A DNA stretch of 64,000 nt from Terriglobia bacterium (GTDB lineage Bacteria > Acidobacteriota > Terriglobia > 20CM-2-55-15): assembly GCA_965198225.1 (NCBI GenBank), contig CBDAOY010000009.1, positions 928,001 through 992,000 of the forward strand, written 5' to 3'. The number at the start of each line of letters is the position of its first letter. Position 1 is the stretch's first letter. The translations under genes and the position numbers were made by a program. Below the pieces are notes generated by a model. It was not told where the DNA came from, searched no databases, and saw only the letters and a list, made by a program, of their open reading frames with translations. Shown here one piece after another: positions 9,192-19,522 of the stretch.

Positions 9192-12100
9192 CTAGAAGAA
9201 GAACTTCAGACCCACCTGAATCTGCCGCGCATCGTTCGCGGCGTTGATCGTTCCGAAGCTACCGGTCGTGCTACCGGTGGTTCCGGCAGCTCCCGGCACG
9301 AACGTCACGTTTGGCGCCTGGAAGTTGGTCCGGTTGAACGCGTTGAAGAACTCGAACCGGAGCTGCAGGTTCTGGTCCTCGCCGATGTACGTGTTCTTGA
9401 TCAGCGACAGGTCCCAGGTATTGCGACCCGGCGCCCGGACGGTGCCCCGACTGGCGTTCCCGAAGCGATTGCCCGGAGCGGCAAAACAGTTCGTGTCGAA
9501 CCAGCGATCCGGAGTCCCGTTGCTGATGTTCGGATTGCAGACGCGGTCGGGACGGAAGCTCTGCCCACCGATCGAGCCCGGCAGCCGCCGGCTGCTCGTC
9601 ACCGTCAGCGGCGTGCCGGTCATTGCCGTGACGATCCCGGTCAGCTGCCATCCGTCGACGATCCGACTGGCAGCTCCTTCCAGGCCGGAGGCCGGAAACT
9701 CGTAGATGTAGTTGAACGAGAAGCGGTGCTTCCGGTCGAACGAGATGAGCCCCTTCTCGGCCCCGATGCGGTTTAAGGCGTCCTGGGGGGACCCCGGGTT
9801 GCCGAAAGCGCTGGCTCCGCCCGTACCGATGTTCTTCGACCAGGTGTAGGAGGCGATGTAGCTCAGCCCGTTCGTCGTACGCTGCTCCAGCTTGGCCTGG
9901 AACGAGTGGTATGTGCTCTGGCCCTCGGTCGACCCGGTTGAGATCCGTCCGACCTGCGGGTACGGCTTGGTGGCCGCGATCTCGGCGGCGGTCTTGGTCG
10001 GGTCCCCGACCAGCAAAGGCTGGTTGCCGTCGTAACCGATCCGATCACGCAGACCCTTCGATCCGACGTAGGCCAGGTCCAGCAGGACGTTGTTGTGCAG
10101 CGCCCGCTGGATGCTCAGGCTCCAACGCTGCATGTAGGTGTTGGCGCTGTCCCGCACGACCGTCCGGATTCGCGTGTTCGACCCCACCGTGATCGTGGCG
10201 GGCGGGTTCGGGAACGGGTTGTCGAACGGCACGTCGTTGAACGCCTGTGCGTTGTTGTTTTCCACCGACGACGACGGTGGGCCCAGGAACATCTGGAACG
10301 GGTAGTTGTGGAGCAGGACGTCGTAGAAGATGCCGCCGCCGGCCCGGATCACGGTGTTGCCGTCGCCGGTGACATCCCAAGCGAAGCCGAGACGCGGCGC
10401 GAAGTTGTTCTTGTCCGTATCCCACGCTCCGTTCGTTCCGATGTCCACCCCGAGCTGGACCAGTTGACCTGTGTCGAAGTTCCACTGCCGCCAGAGATTG
10501 TCCTGTTCGTAGAGCGGCAGCTGGACATCGTGCCTCAGGCCCCAATTGATGGTCAGGTTCGGCGTGGCTTTCCAGTCGTCCTGGAAGAAGTAGGAGAAGA
10601 AGTTCCCCCGCTCGTGTTCGACGCTGTTGCCGACCTTCCGTCCGGCCGATCCCAGGTAACCCAGCAGGAAATCGGCGAAGTTGTCGCCCGTGAACGCCTG
10701 GTTGAACGTGTAGCTCCCCGACGTGTTGGACGGGAAGATCAGGTTCATTCCTTCGCGCCGGAACTCGCCCCCGAACTTGAAGGTGTGGTCGCCCCGCGTC
10801 CAGGTCAACGCCTCCGACACATGCCAGTTGTTGTGGAATCGGGCAAATCCGCCGCCGTTTCCCTGCGGCTGGTCGTAGCCCGAGATGCTGAGTCCCGGGA
10901 ATTTCTGGATCAGATCGTTGTCGCTCGCGAACGACTGCGTTTCGGTCAGGCCGAGCGCCTTCGCATGGAACCCTTCGCGCGCCTCCTTGCGCTGGAGGAT
11001 CTGCGTATTGGATCGGCTGAATCCAAACTTCGTTTCTCCAACCAGCTGGTTCGACCAGATCGAGGTCAGGAACAAGGCTATGGCCTGCGGATTCTTGATG
11101 ACATCGTCACCGAGCCCCGGCGTTGTCGTACGCTGCAACTCCCGGACCGACACGTCATCGGAATGGGTATAACGGCCGAAGAAAGTCTGGTTTTCGGTGA
11201 GCTTCGTGTCGACCCGGATCGTGTACTGATCGATATCTTTCGGGACACCGGTCGAACGGAACGTGTTGTTGGCGCCCGTGACGGAATCGATATCCGGATC
11301 GCTGAAGAACGGCAGGAAAGCCTGTGCCCTTGGACTGAACCGGCTCGACGGGATGATATTCCCGGCGAACGGTTGGCCCGTCGTGGGATCGATGATGGTC
11401 TTTCCCGTCGCACTGAAGTCGCCCTGACGCATCGCCCGTGTCGGTACCAGGCCGCTCCGGTTCGCGTTCGTGCTCTGGCGCGAACCCTCGTAGTTGAAGA
11501 AGAAGAAGGTGTGGTCGGAGACGATCGGACCGCCGATGGTCCCACCGAAATCGCTCCGTTTGAACTCGGGTTTCTCGCGGTTGGCCCGGTTCACGAAGAA
11601 GTTCGTCGCGTCCAGGTTGTCGTTGCGGTGGAAGCCGAACAGCGTTCCGTGGAATTCGTTCGTGCCGGTCTTGGTCGTCAGGTTGACGACACCGCCCGTG
11701 GCCCGGCCGAACTCGGCCGCGAACGTGCTCGTCTGGATCTTGAATTCGGCAAGAGCGTCGATCGAAGGCAGAAGGCGGATCTCGCCGTTGGCCAGGTCGT
11801 TGTTGTCGACGCCGTCCAGGATGAAGTTGTTTCCCCAGAGACGGCCGCCGTTGATGTGGGCGTTTCCGCCGCGCGAGGCCGTGTTCTCACCCTGAGCCAG
11901 CTCCGACACGCCGGTCGCCAGCATGTTCAACCCCAGGAAGCTGCGGCCGTTCAACGGAAGGTCGTCGATCTTGTCGCGGTCGATGACCTGACCCAGCGAT
12001 GCCGTGTCGGTCTCGACCAGCGGAGCGGTCCCGATGACGTCGATCGTCTGGGCGACGTCGCCGACGGCCATCTCGAAATCGATGCGGGCCGCCTGGTTGA

Positions 12101-12419
12101 CCTGCAGAACGACGCCGGTTCGCACCTGCGTGGCGAACCCGGGGAATTGCGCCTCGATCCGGTAGTTGCCCGCGGGCAACGCGGTGATCGTGTAGTTGCC
12201 GGTCTCGTTCGTCAGTATTTCGCGTGTCGCGTTCGTGTCGACGTTCGTGGCCGTGATTGTCACGCCGGGCAGCACCGCGCCGGTCTGGTCGGCGACGCTT
12301 CCGACGATCTGTCCAGTAAAACTTTGAGCGAACGCCGCCGGTCCTCCCGCCGTCAGCAGTAACACTGCCAACGAGGCGACCAGCACAATTCGCCGTCTAA
12401 AGAAACTAAACGTATCCAT
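9192..12419 (-). CDS. TonB-dependent receptor with N-terminal carboxypeptidase-regulatory-like domain (Oar-like)
   Basis: Signal peptide; GSVADQTGAVLPGVTI; LPLNGRSF; NFILDGVDNND; C-terminal RQIQVGLKFFF. Confidence 0.93.
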   Translation of the reverse strand: MDTFSFFRRRIVLVASLAVLLLTAGGPAAFAQSFTGQIVGSVADQTGAVLPGVTITATNVDTNATREILTNETGNYTITALPAGNYRIEAQFPGFATQVRTGVVLQVNQAARIDFEMAVGDVAQTIDVIGTAPLVETDTASLGQVIDRDKIDDLPLNGRSFLGLNMLATGVSELAQGENTASRGGNAHINGGRLWGNNFILDGVDNNDLANGEIRLLPSIDALAEFKIQTSTFAAEFGRATGGVVNLTTKTGTNEFHGTLFGFHRNDNLDATNFFVNRANREKPEFKRSDFGGTIGGPIVSDHTFFFFNYEGSRQSTNANRSGLVPTRAMRQGDFSATGKTIIDPTTGQPFAGNIIPSSRFSPRAQAFLPFFSDPDIDSVTGANNTFRSTGVPKDIDQYTIRVDTKLTENQTFFGRYTHSDDVSVRELQRTTTPGLGDDVIKNPQAIALFLTSIWSNQLVGETKFGFSRSNTQILQRKEAREGFHAKALGLTETQSFASDNDLIQKFPGLSISGYDQPQGNGGGFARFHNNWHVSEALTWTRGDHTFKFGGEFRREGMNLIFPSNTSGSYTFNQAFTGDNFADFLLGYLGSAGRKVGNSVEHERGNFFSYFFQDDWKATPNLTINWGLRHDVQLPLYEQDNLWRQWNFDTGQLVQLGVDIGTNGAWDTDKNNFAPRLGFAWDVTGDGNTVIRAGGGIFYDVLLHNYPFQMFLGPPSSSVENNNAQAFNDVPFDNPFPNPPATITVGSNTRIRTVVRDSANTYMQRWSLSIQRALHNNVLLDLAYVGSKGLRDRIGYDGNQPLLVGDPTKTAAEIAATKPYPQVGRISTGSTEGQSTYHSFQAKLEQRTTNGLSYIASYTWSKNIGTGGASAFGNPGSPQDALNRIGAEKGLISFDRKHRFSFNYIYEFPASGLEGAASRIVDGWQLTGIVTAMTGTPLTVTSSRRLPGSIGGQSFRPDRVCNPNISNGTPDRWFDTNCFAAPGNRFGNASRGTVRAPGRNTWDLSLIKNTYIGEDQNLQLRFEFFNAFNRTNFQAPNVTFVPGAAGTTGSTTGSFGTINAANDARQIQVGLKFFF

Positions 12420-12990
12420 TGAAATCTCCTGAGCTTGAGGGCGCCCGGGCCCGTTTTCATTCCACACCCGGACGTTTCCTTCGTTGTAGCTGCTTACACC
12501 CACTCAATACGAGGGATCACAATCGGTCCCCCGCCATTCATCAATACTTCTTTGCTTTCTTTGAGAGTCTAAGACTCCTCCCAGCCCATAACGACCAAGG
12601 GAACTCAGCCAAATATTTTACCCTCGAAAGAACCGAATCCTAGAGAAATAATCTTGCGAGCCGCTTGAGACTCCCGAGCAGCTAGTCAAACTAGCAGCCT
12701 GAAATCAAAGACATGGCGGCGACCGATTGCGTCAAGGTCTTTCCGATTCATTCGATTGGCGCGTCAGTTTTGCTCGATTGGGTCGCGACCTTCGATACCG
12801 AGCGACACTCGAATGATCCTGACGCTTTTGGAGGGCGACCCGGTTGTCGGGCTCGCGGACCGTCCACATATTTATATGCAGTATAGATACTTATGAGTCC
12901 TTGCGGCTGGGTCCGGCCCCAGAAATCCGTGCGTCCCTCTGCAGCGTCGGCATAGAATAACGGCATCGTTTTCTCTCGACGAAACACGAA

Positions 12991-14466
12991 ATGGGAATCC
13001 GAAATCGATTGTTGAGCGCGGTCGCAGTGATGACCGTCGTGCTGACGATGTCGGTCACCTCGGGGTTTGGGCAGGCGTCGGCACCGAGGTGGGAGCAATT
13101 GATGGAGCAGTTCCAGCGGCACCTCGATCGCGATGACTGGAGCCAGGCGTTCTCTCTCGTACAGGCTATCGCCAGAGAGACTCAAAGCCTGGACCCCGAT
13201 AGCCGGGAGAGTCTTCTGACGGCCGCCCAGTTTGCCCGACTGGCCGGCACACTGCGACTGCGGGACCGGTTCGCGGAAGCCGAACAAGTGTACCTGCGCC
13301 TGGTCGGTCTTCGGGAACGTTCGCTGGGAAGTAACCACCCGGCAGTGGGGCAGACGCTGAATGAAATCGGCTTGTTCTACAGGGACCAGTCGAAGTTTGC
13401 TGAAGCTGCAGGAGTCCTGAGGCGGGCCCTGTCGATCGCCGAGGAGGCGTACGGCGCGGAACACGCCGAAGTTGCCGCGGCAGCGAACAACCTCGGTATG
13501 GCGTATCGCGACCTGGCCAACTACTCTATGGCCGGGCCACTCCTTCAGCGCGCCGTCTCGATCACCGAAGATCTCGTCGGGCCCGAGCACCCGGATCTTG
13601 CGGCGGCCCTGAACAATCTCGGGCAGCTTTACCAGGCAATCGGGCGATTGGATCGAGCCGAGCCACTACTGGAGCGGTCCGTCGAGATCAATGAGAAGGC
13701 GCTCGAGGCCGATGATCTTCGACTCTCGACGAGCCTGAGGAGCCTGGCGGGGATCTACACGGCGCAAGGTCGGCCGGCCGCGGCGCTGGCGCTCTATGAG
13801 AGGGCTCTCGGGACGACGGAAGCTGCCTTAGGACCCAATCACACCGAAGTTGCGAGCGCCCTGAACAACCTGGGCGTGACCTACCGCAGCCTGGGCCGCC
13901 TGGACGAAGCCGAACCCCTGTTCGAGAGGGCCCTGGGCATCCTTGAAGACGTTCGCGGAGCCGAGCAAGCGGATGTCGCCGCGACGCTGAACAATCTTGC
14001 ACTGCTCTATTACACCCAGCGTCGCTACTCCAGGGCGGCACCGCTCTACGAGCGCTCCGTCGAAATCTTTAGGAACGTCTTCGGGCTGGAGCATCCCAAC
14101 CTGGCGATGGGATTGAACAATCTTGCCGGCCTATACCGGGCGCAGGGAAGGGCGGATGAAGCAGAACAGCTGTACCGGCAGGCGCTGGAGATTCGGGAGA
14201 AGGCAATCGGCCCGGAACACCCCGAGGTGGCCTCGACTCTGAACGGCCTGGCACTCCTCTACCACGGCGAGCGAAGGTATGCCGACGCGGAGCCGCTCTA
14301 CCGCCGCGCAATCGAGATCCGCGAGACTGCACTCGGGCCTGCGCACCCGGGTCTGGTGACGACGTTGGAGAACCTGAGCGCGCTGCTTGCGGAAACGGGA
14401 AGAGCGGTGGAGGCCGGTGATCTGATCCGACGGGCCCGGGCGATACAGGCGGCGGGCCCTAACTGA
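12991..14466 (+). CDS. Secreted tetratricopeptide-repeat protein (42-aa TPR type)
   Basis: Signal peptide followed by about 9 repeats of HP-x-VA-x-x-LNNLA-x-LY...AEPLY-x-RAL-x-I. Confidence 0.92.
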   Translation: MGIRNRLLSAVAVMTVVLTMSVTSGFGQASAPRWEQLMEQFQRHLDRDDWSQAFSLVQAIARETQSLDPDSRESLLTAAQFARLAGTLRLRDRFAEAEQVYLRLVGLRERSLGSNHPAVGQTLNEIGLFYRDQSKFAEAAGVLRRALSIAEEAYGAEHAEVAAAANNLGMAYRDLANYSMAGPLLQRAVSITEDLVGPEHPDLAAALNNLGQLYQAIGRLDRAEPLLERSVEINEKALEADDLRLSTSLRSLAGIYTAQGRPAAALALYERALGTTEAALGPNHTEVASALNNLGVTYRSLGRLDEAEPLFERALGILEDVRGAEQADVAATLNNLALLYYTQRRYSRAAPLYERSVEIFRNVFGLEHPNLAMGLNNLAGLYRAQGRADEAEQLYRQALEIREKAIGPEHPEVASTLNGLALLYHGERRYADAEPLYRRAIEIRETALGPAHPGLVTTLENLSALLAETGRAVEAGDLIRRARAIQAAGPN

Positions 14467-15085
14467 AGGATGGCAGGCCGGCTGTCGAGCGCCCTTGAGT
14501 CCGGCGCTTGCGCCCCGATTCGTTCCAGTCGAATCCCAGAAATTCCATGAACGCGCCTTGGTTCTTCGACCCGGTTCGTCGGCGGTTCCACTCCTTGATA
14601 CGCTCCTGGTATTCCTCGGACTCGTCCTCGTTCCATTTGCACACCGCGCGCAAAGTCCGCTTCGCGATTTTTCCGTCGAGTTCGTAAAGACACTCGGACA
14701 CCTTGCTGAGAGACAAGCCTTCCACGGCCCCGGTGTCGGACAGCGTGATGTTGAACGGGTGCTCGCGGCAGGCGACCGGGCGGTGTTCATAAACGGTGCA
14801 CATATCTTCCTTGTCGAGGAAGATGCATCGGTTTCGGCCCCATCGGAGCGCCATGATCACGCGGCGCGTGGCCAGCCGAACCCAGAAGGGATACCGTTTG
14901 GCGATGTTGATTTCGTCTTCTCCGAAGAAACGGATGAATTCCTGTGGAGCCTTGCCGGTACCCTCGACGATCCGACGGACGTCATGATCGGTGAGCATCA
15001 CGATCGTTTCCTTGCAGCAGTTGCCGCAACCCGTACATCGAAACTTCAACAGGTCGGTCCAGTCCTTCACAGTCGGTGTCGCCAT
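14459..15085 (-). CDS. YkgJ-family cysteine cluster (zinc/iron-chelating) protein
   Basis: FRCTGCGNCC ... CIFLD ... CTVYEHRPVACREHPF. Confidence 0.9.
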   Translation of the reverse strand: MATPTVKDWTDLLKFRCTGCGNCCKETIVMLTDHDVRRIVEGTGKAPQEFIRFFGEDEINIAKRYPFWVRLATRRVIMALRWGRNRCIFLDKEDMCTVYEHRPVACREHPFNITLSDTGAVEGLSLSKVSECLYELDGKIAKRTLRAVCKWNEDESEEYQERIKEWNRRRTGSKNQGAFMEFLGFDWNESGRKRRTQGRSTAGLPSFS

Positions 15086-15177
15086 CCTCGCTACCTCGCC
15101 TCTCCTGATGTTGGTGTGACTGATCATACTAGATTCGAAGACGGACAGATGGGGGGATGTCGGCTGGATTGTCCTCA

Positions 15178-15258
15178 CTCACCAACTTTTCCGCTTACCG
15201 AACATCCGGGGACAGGGCCAGGCCCCTGTCCCCCTCACATTGGCTCCCTCGCGGAACG
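15178..15258 (-). repeat. Dispersed repeat family B, copy 2
   Basis: The reverse complement matches the copy at 9025-9112, including the GGGGACAGGG..CCCTGTCCCC hairpin. Confidence 0.7.
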
Positions 15259-15362
15259 ATCCGGCAGCCCGGTATTTAGGTAGACGGACTGTGGGATTCC
15301 ATATATAAGGCCTGCATGTCAAGTGACCCGACGCCGGCAACTTCAAGTAGCAGCCGCTCCTG

Positions 15363-16796
15363 ATGAAGCACGACCGACTCGAAGACTGGACGCCGGCACA
15401 GATGCCCGCTGCGCCCCCACCCGGCTTCGGCAACTTCCTGCGCGTGATCGGACCCGCCATCATCATGATCGGGATTTCGATCGGCAGTGGCGAATGGCTC
15501 ATCGGACCAGCAGCCGCCGTGCGCTATGGCGTGGCGATGCTGGGTATCGTGACGATCGCGGTCCTGCTCCAGGCCGTCTTCAACATCGAGCTGATGCGCT
15601 ACACGGTCAGCACCGGCGAGCCGATATCCACGGGTTTCATGAGGCTGGGAAACCGGCCCCGGATGGTCGGCCTGATCTATATCATCTTCGGTTTTTTCCA
15701 CCTCGGCTGGCCCGCGTTTGCCGCGGCGTCTGCGGCCGCGCTGTTTGCCGCAATCAACGGACGCCTTCCCGTCGACCTCGACGCCGGCTCGGTGATGCTA
15801 TACGGCTACTTCACGTTCTTGCTGGCGCTGGCGATATTGCTCTTCGGCAAGACCGTCGAGCGGACCCTGGAGCGAGTGTCCTGGGCCTTGATGTCCTTGG
15901 TGTTTCTGTTCATGCTGGTCGTCAACGTTGCGTTCATTCCGGCGAGCGTGTGGTGGTCGACGTTCAAAGGTTTCGGGTTTGTAGGCAGGCTTCCCTCCAG
16001 CGTCGACTGGACGCTTGTCGGAGCGTTTGCGGCGTATGCCGGAGCAGGAGGCATCGCCAACCTGATGCTGTCGAGCTGGGCCCGCGATCGCGGCTACGGC
16101 ATGGGCGCGAATGTGGGTGCGATCGGAGGCGCCGTCGGCGGCAGCCCCACGAAACTGAGCCCGACAGGCCACACGTTTAAAATCGATGAGGAGAGCCTCG
16201 GCAAGTGGAAGCGCTGGATGGGCTTCGTTCATGCCGAGCAACTCGGCGTGTGGGCTCTCTTCTGCCTGATCGGAATGTTTCTCACGGTCAACATGGCTGT
16301 CGGGACGATGCCGGAGGGAACCGACATGACGGGCCTCGCGGCCGGGGCCTACCAGGCCGAGTATCTGCGCACGGAAGTGGGCGAGTTCATGTGGCTGCTG
16401 GCGCTGCTCAATGGTTTCTGGATTCTGCTGTCGACCCAGCTTGCGGTGATGGATGGCCTGGTACGAGTGACCACGGACATCATCTGGGCGGGCTTTCCGG
16501 AAGTCCGGGCTCGCGCCGGTCACGATGTCCGGAAGGTCTACTACACATTGCTGGCGGGCTTCATCGTCTGGGGGTGCTTTGCGCTCTCGATCGCCCAACC
16601 GATTGTCCTGCTCCTCATCGGAGCCAACGTCGCGGGCTTCATCCTGACGTTCGCTGCCGTCCACATCGTCTTGGTAAACAGACGCCTCCTGCCCGAGCCC
16701 CTCCGCCCTTCAGTGATGAGAGAAGCGCTGATGCTCCTCGTCGCCGCCTTCTACGGCTTCTTTGTTGTCATGAACCTTCGCTCGCTCTTTAACTAG
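15363..16796 (+). CDS. Nramp-like divalent metal/solute transporter
   Basis: IGPAIIMIGISIGSGEWLIGP motif; about 10-11 hydrophobic segments. Confidence 0.8.
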   Translation: MKHDRLEDWTPAQMPAAPPPGFGNFLRVIGPAIIMIGISIGSGEWLIGPAAAVRYGVAMLGIVTIAVLLQAVFNIELMRYTVSTGEPISTGFMRLGNRPRMVGLIYIIFGFFHLGWPAFAAASAAALFAAINGRLPVDLDAGSVMLYGYFTFLLALAILLFGKTVERTLERVSWALMSLVFLFMLVVNVAFIPASVWWSTFKGFGFVGRLPSSVDWTLVGAFAAYAGAGGIANLMLSSWARDRGYGMGANVGAIGGAVGGSPTKLSPTGHTFKIDEESLGKWKRWMGFVHAEQLGVWALFCLIGMFLTVNMAVGTMPEGTDMTGLAAGAYQAEYLRTEVGEFMWLLALLNGFWILLSTQLAVMDGLVRVTTDIIWAGFPEVRARAGHDVRKVYYTLLAGFIVWGCFALSIAQPIVLLLIGANVAGFILTFAAVHIVLVNRRLLPEPLRPSVMREALMLLVAAFYGFFVVMNLRSLFN

Positions 16797-16833
16797 GTCC
16801 GTGGGTGGTTGGTACGCACGGGCTTTTCGCCAA

Positions 16834-16900
16834 TCGACCAGGTGCCGTGAGAGAGCCACTGTGAGGGGGACAGGGGTATAGCCCTGTCCCCGGGTGTTTG
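16834..16900 (+). repeat. Dispersed repeat family B, copy 3
   Basis: TCGACCAGGTGCC...GTGAGGGGGACAGGG..CCCTGTCCCCGGGTGTTTG. Confidence 0.75.
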
Positions 16901-16914
16901 GGCACGCAGAAATG

Positions 16915-16979
16915 TGTAGGTGCGCTCTATGAGCGCATCTGCAAACAGAGAAGATGTGCGGTCATAGCCCGCCCCTACA
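16915..16979. repeat. GTAG-type REP doublet (REPIN-like), family A
   Basis: TGTAGGTGCGCTC-TAT-GAGCGCA paired with an inverted copy ending CCTACA. Confidence 0.8.
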
Positions 16980-17000
16980 GGAGACAGACCAGCTGGCGAG

Positions 17001-18680
17001 CTAGTCTTCCTTCCTCAACCGCGCCACTATCTCCTCTTCCTTCCTCTGAATCTTCTCTTCGGTTCCTCGGCGGGCGATCGAGTAGTCGGCCATGTCGATC
17101 AGGACGTAGGGAGCAAGCAGAGGAAATTGTTCGGCCACGAGCCGGTACTTCTCCTGCTCGATCCAGCGGTATGCCGGATGCCCCTGCGAGATCGTCCGCA
17201 GCTCGGTTTCCCAGAAGAACTGCCGGAAGTTCTGCCACTGATAGAAGCGGACCCGGTAGGCCAGCGGCACCACGTACTGTGCGAGATCCGGGTCGGCGCC
17301 CTCCAGCTTCCGGAAGAGTGCCCCGGCCCGATCGAGCGCTTCAACAAAGGGCCTTCGAAGACCGGACTCCTGGATCTCGGTCGGGATGTCGTAACCGTGA
17401 TGTACGGAGAACCTCTGCCGCTCCTGGGTCATCATCCGGTGCCGGTGCAGGTCGCGGTAGGAGCCGATGTCGACCATGATTTCGAAACGCAGGTAGGAGT
17501 TCTCCAGCGAGCGACCGACCTTGTACCAGCGTGCCGGCCGGCCGGCGAAATACCGTCCCAGCAAGTCCTTCTTTTCCTCCTCCGACAGCGCCCGAACCGC
17601 TTCGAAGGCTTCACGCCATCCGATATGGGATTGTGAGAACAGGACGCCGGCCAACATCTTGTCCTCAGCTTCCGCATCCCACTCGACGAGTTTCACGCCG
17701 GCTCGATCTCCAGCATCGATCCGATCGGATTGGACCCGTCCGGCGAACTCGCGCACCAGATCATTCCGGCGGGACAAGTACTCCTGATAGTCCCCGGATT
17801 TCTCGTCCCTCACGCGCAGGAGCAGGGAAGGAATCTCCTCGTCGAGCTCCTTCTTCAGCGCTCCGGACAGCCAGCGGAGTTCGCCGATCGAATGTCGTGC
17901 CGTCCGGTTCAGCAGGTACTCGAACGCCTGTGCGTTACCGCGAAGCGCGACCTGCCCGAGCGTGGCCATCGGTAACAGCCCCCGCAGCGTGTCGAACGCC
18001 TTCTTCTCGAGGATCGAAGGCTTTTCGCTGAAGTTTGCCTGAAGCCACTCCTGGAGCGGATCGAGCAGCGCGACGTATGTCTCGAACAGATGATCCATTG
18101 TCGACGTGTATTCATCCAGCAGCGAGAGTCGTACCAGGTCTGGCTTCGGGGTGTAGTAGAGGTAGCGACCTCCGACCTTGCTGCCGAAGTTCACATAGCG
18201 CGTGGACTTCTCGATCGGCTCCAGTCCGATTCGCTGATCCTCGACGAACTTCATGGCCACCTGCGAGATTCCCCAGAGGATGACGTGGGCGCCGGTCATC
18301 TGGGCGATGGAGTCGTCACCGTACTGGGACAGCCACTTGGCGTAGAACTTCTGTGCCCGGTGGTTGTTCAGGATGTTCTTGAAACCGTGATCCTTCAGGA
18401 AACCAACGGTCGCTTCCAGCTCCGCCGCCAGAGCTGGATCGTCCCCGTCGACGATGGGATAGACGTACTCCTTGAGCAGGACCTCGAGCAGGGAACCCTT
18501 GGCGCGGCTGGCCCGCGAGCAGAGGGCGCCGACAATCTCGGGCGGCAGGTTGCGGAGGACCGACACCAGGCCGTTCTCGTTCGTCGCAAACGGTTGTAGA
18601 AACCGGACATCGCGCTCCGACCAACTGTGAGGCGAGAAATCGGGTGCGTACTCGGTGTCGGGAACAGGGACCATCATCAC
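17001..18680 (-). CDS. thyX: FAD-dependent thymidylate synthase, tandem two-domain form
   Basis: YGDDSIAQ, EKSTRY, FDTLRGLLP in domain 1; DLHRHR in domain 2; 559 aa. Confidence 0.88.
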   Translation of the reverse strand: MMMVPVPDTEYAPDFSPHSWSERDVRFLQPFATNENGLVSVLRNLPPEIVGALCSRASRAKGSLLEVLLKEYVYPIVDGDDPALAAELEATVGFLKDHGFKNILNNHRAQKFYAKWLSQYGDDSIAQMTGAHVILWGISQVAMKFVEDQRIGLEPIEKSTRYVNFGSKVGGRYLYYTPKPDLVRLSLLDEYTSTMDHLFETYVALLDPLQEWLQANFSEKPSILEKKAFDTLRGLLPMATLGQVALRGNAQAFEYLLNRTARHSIGELRWLSGALKKELDEEIPSLLLRVRDEKSGDYQEYLSRRNDLVREFAGRVQSDRIDAGDRAGVKLVEWDAEAEDKMLAGVLFSQSHIGWREAFEAVRALSEEEKKDLLGRYFAGRPARWYKVGRSLENSYLRFEIMVDIGSYRDLHRHRMMTQERQRFSVHHGYDIPTEIQESGLRRPFVEALDRAGALFRKLEGADPDLAQYVVPLAYRVRFYQWQNFRQFFWETELRTISQGHPAYRWIEQEKYRLVAEQFPLLAPYVLIDMADYSIARRGTEEKIQRKEEEIVARLRKED

Positions 18681-18933
18681 TCCAAATCAGAAATGTCGAA
18701 TCTCCAATCTCGAATTTCCATTGCGGAATTTCCAATAGACCAATCTGCAATCAACTCGTCAACTGCGACCTGAATATATCGCAGATTTTTCTATCGGAGA
18801 TTCCGCATTCGACATTTCCTCAGTGGAGACTCGAAATAGGGATTCTTCGGACGGAAGCCGGCCCGAGCCTGCCGCAAATTTTGCGTGTTGACGCTCTTAT
18901 TTCGCCACTAATGCATCCGCACCCGCCGTCGAT

Positions 18934-19356
18934 ATGTACGGCATGGCACACCGGGCGCGGAGCACTGTCGAGAACACTCCGGGAACCGCTTACGCTTCGG
19001 TCTTTCCTGATGGCCATCCCGTACTGGAAATCTCAGACGCCAACTTTGACGTCGACGTGCTCGGCTCCCGACGGCCGTTCCTCCTCAACTTCGGCGCATC
19101 GTGGTGCAAGCCTTGCCGGTTGATCGGCCCGGCAGTAGCTCGGCTGGCAGCCGACTATGCCGGCATCGTCCAAGTCGGCCAGCTTGATGTTGTGGCAAAC
19201 CCCGCCACGAGAATTCGCCTGGGTGTCCGCCGCATACCTGCATTACTGCTGTTCGTCGACGGACGACTGAAGGAGAGCTTCATCGGGACTGACGGCCTGG
19301 AGGAGCTTCATCAAGCGCTGGATGAATACCGCTCGGTAGAGTCGGCCATTCAGTGA
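18934..19356 (+). CDS. Thioredoxin-family protein
   Basis: FGASWCKPC active site and cis-Pro motif RIPALLLF. Confidence 0.85.
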   Translation: MYGMAHRARSTVENTPGTAYASVFPDGHPVLEISDANFDVDVLGSRRPFLLNFGASWCKPCRLIGPAVARLAADYAGIVQVGQLDVVANPATRIRLGVRRIPALLLFVDGRLKESFIGTDGLEELHQALDEYRSVESAIQ

Positions 19357-19364
19357 CAAGTGAA

Positions 19365-19432
19365 TGTAGCTACGCTCTATGACTGCACATCGTTTCGGCT
19401 CGAAGGCTGTGCGGTCATAGACCGCACCTACA
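19365..19432. repeat. GTAG-type REP doublet (REPIN-like), family A
   Basis: TGTAGCTACGCTCTATGACTGCACA ... TGTGCGGTCATAGACCGCACCTACA. Confidence 0.8.
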
Positions 19433-19522
19433 CGTGAAAGGCTCGGCCACCCGAGTTTGCATTCCCACAATGCGCTCACAGAGCGCGGCGGTCGTGGATG
19501 CTGTCAGTGGCGGGACCGTCAA

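Noticed and set aside
10095-12362. 755-aa plus-strand ORF
   Set aside because: Antisense shadow of the TonB-dependent receptor in high-GC DNA, with no recognisable motifs.
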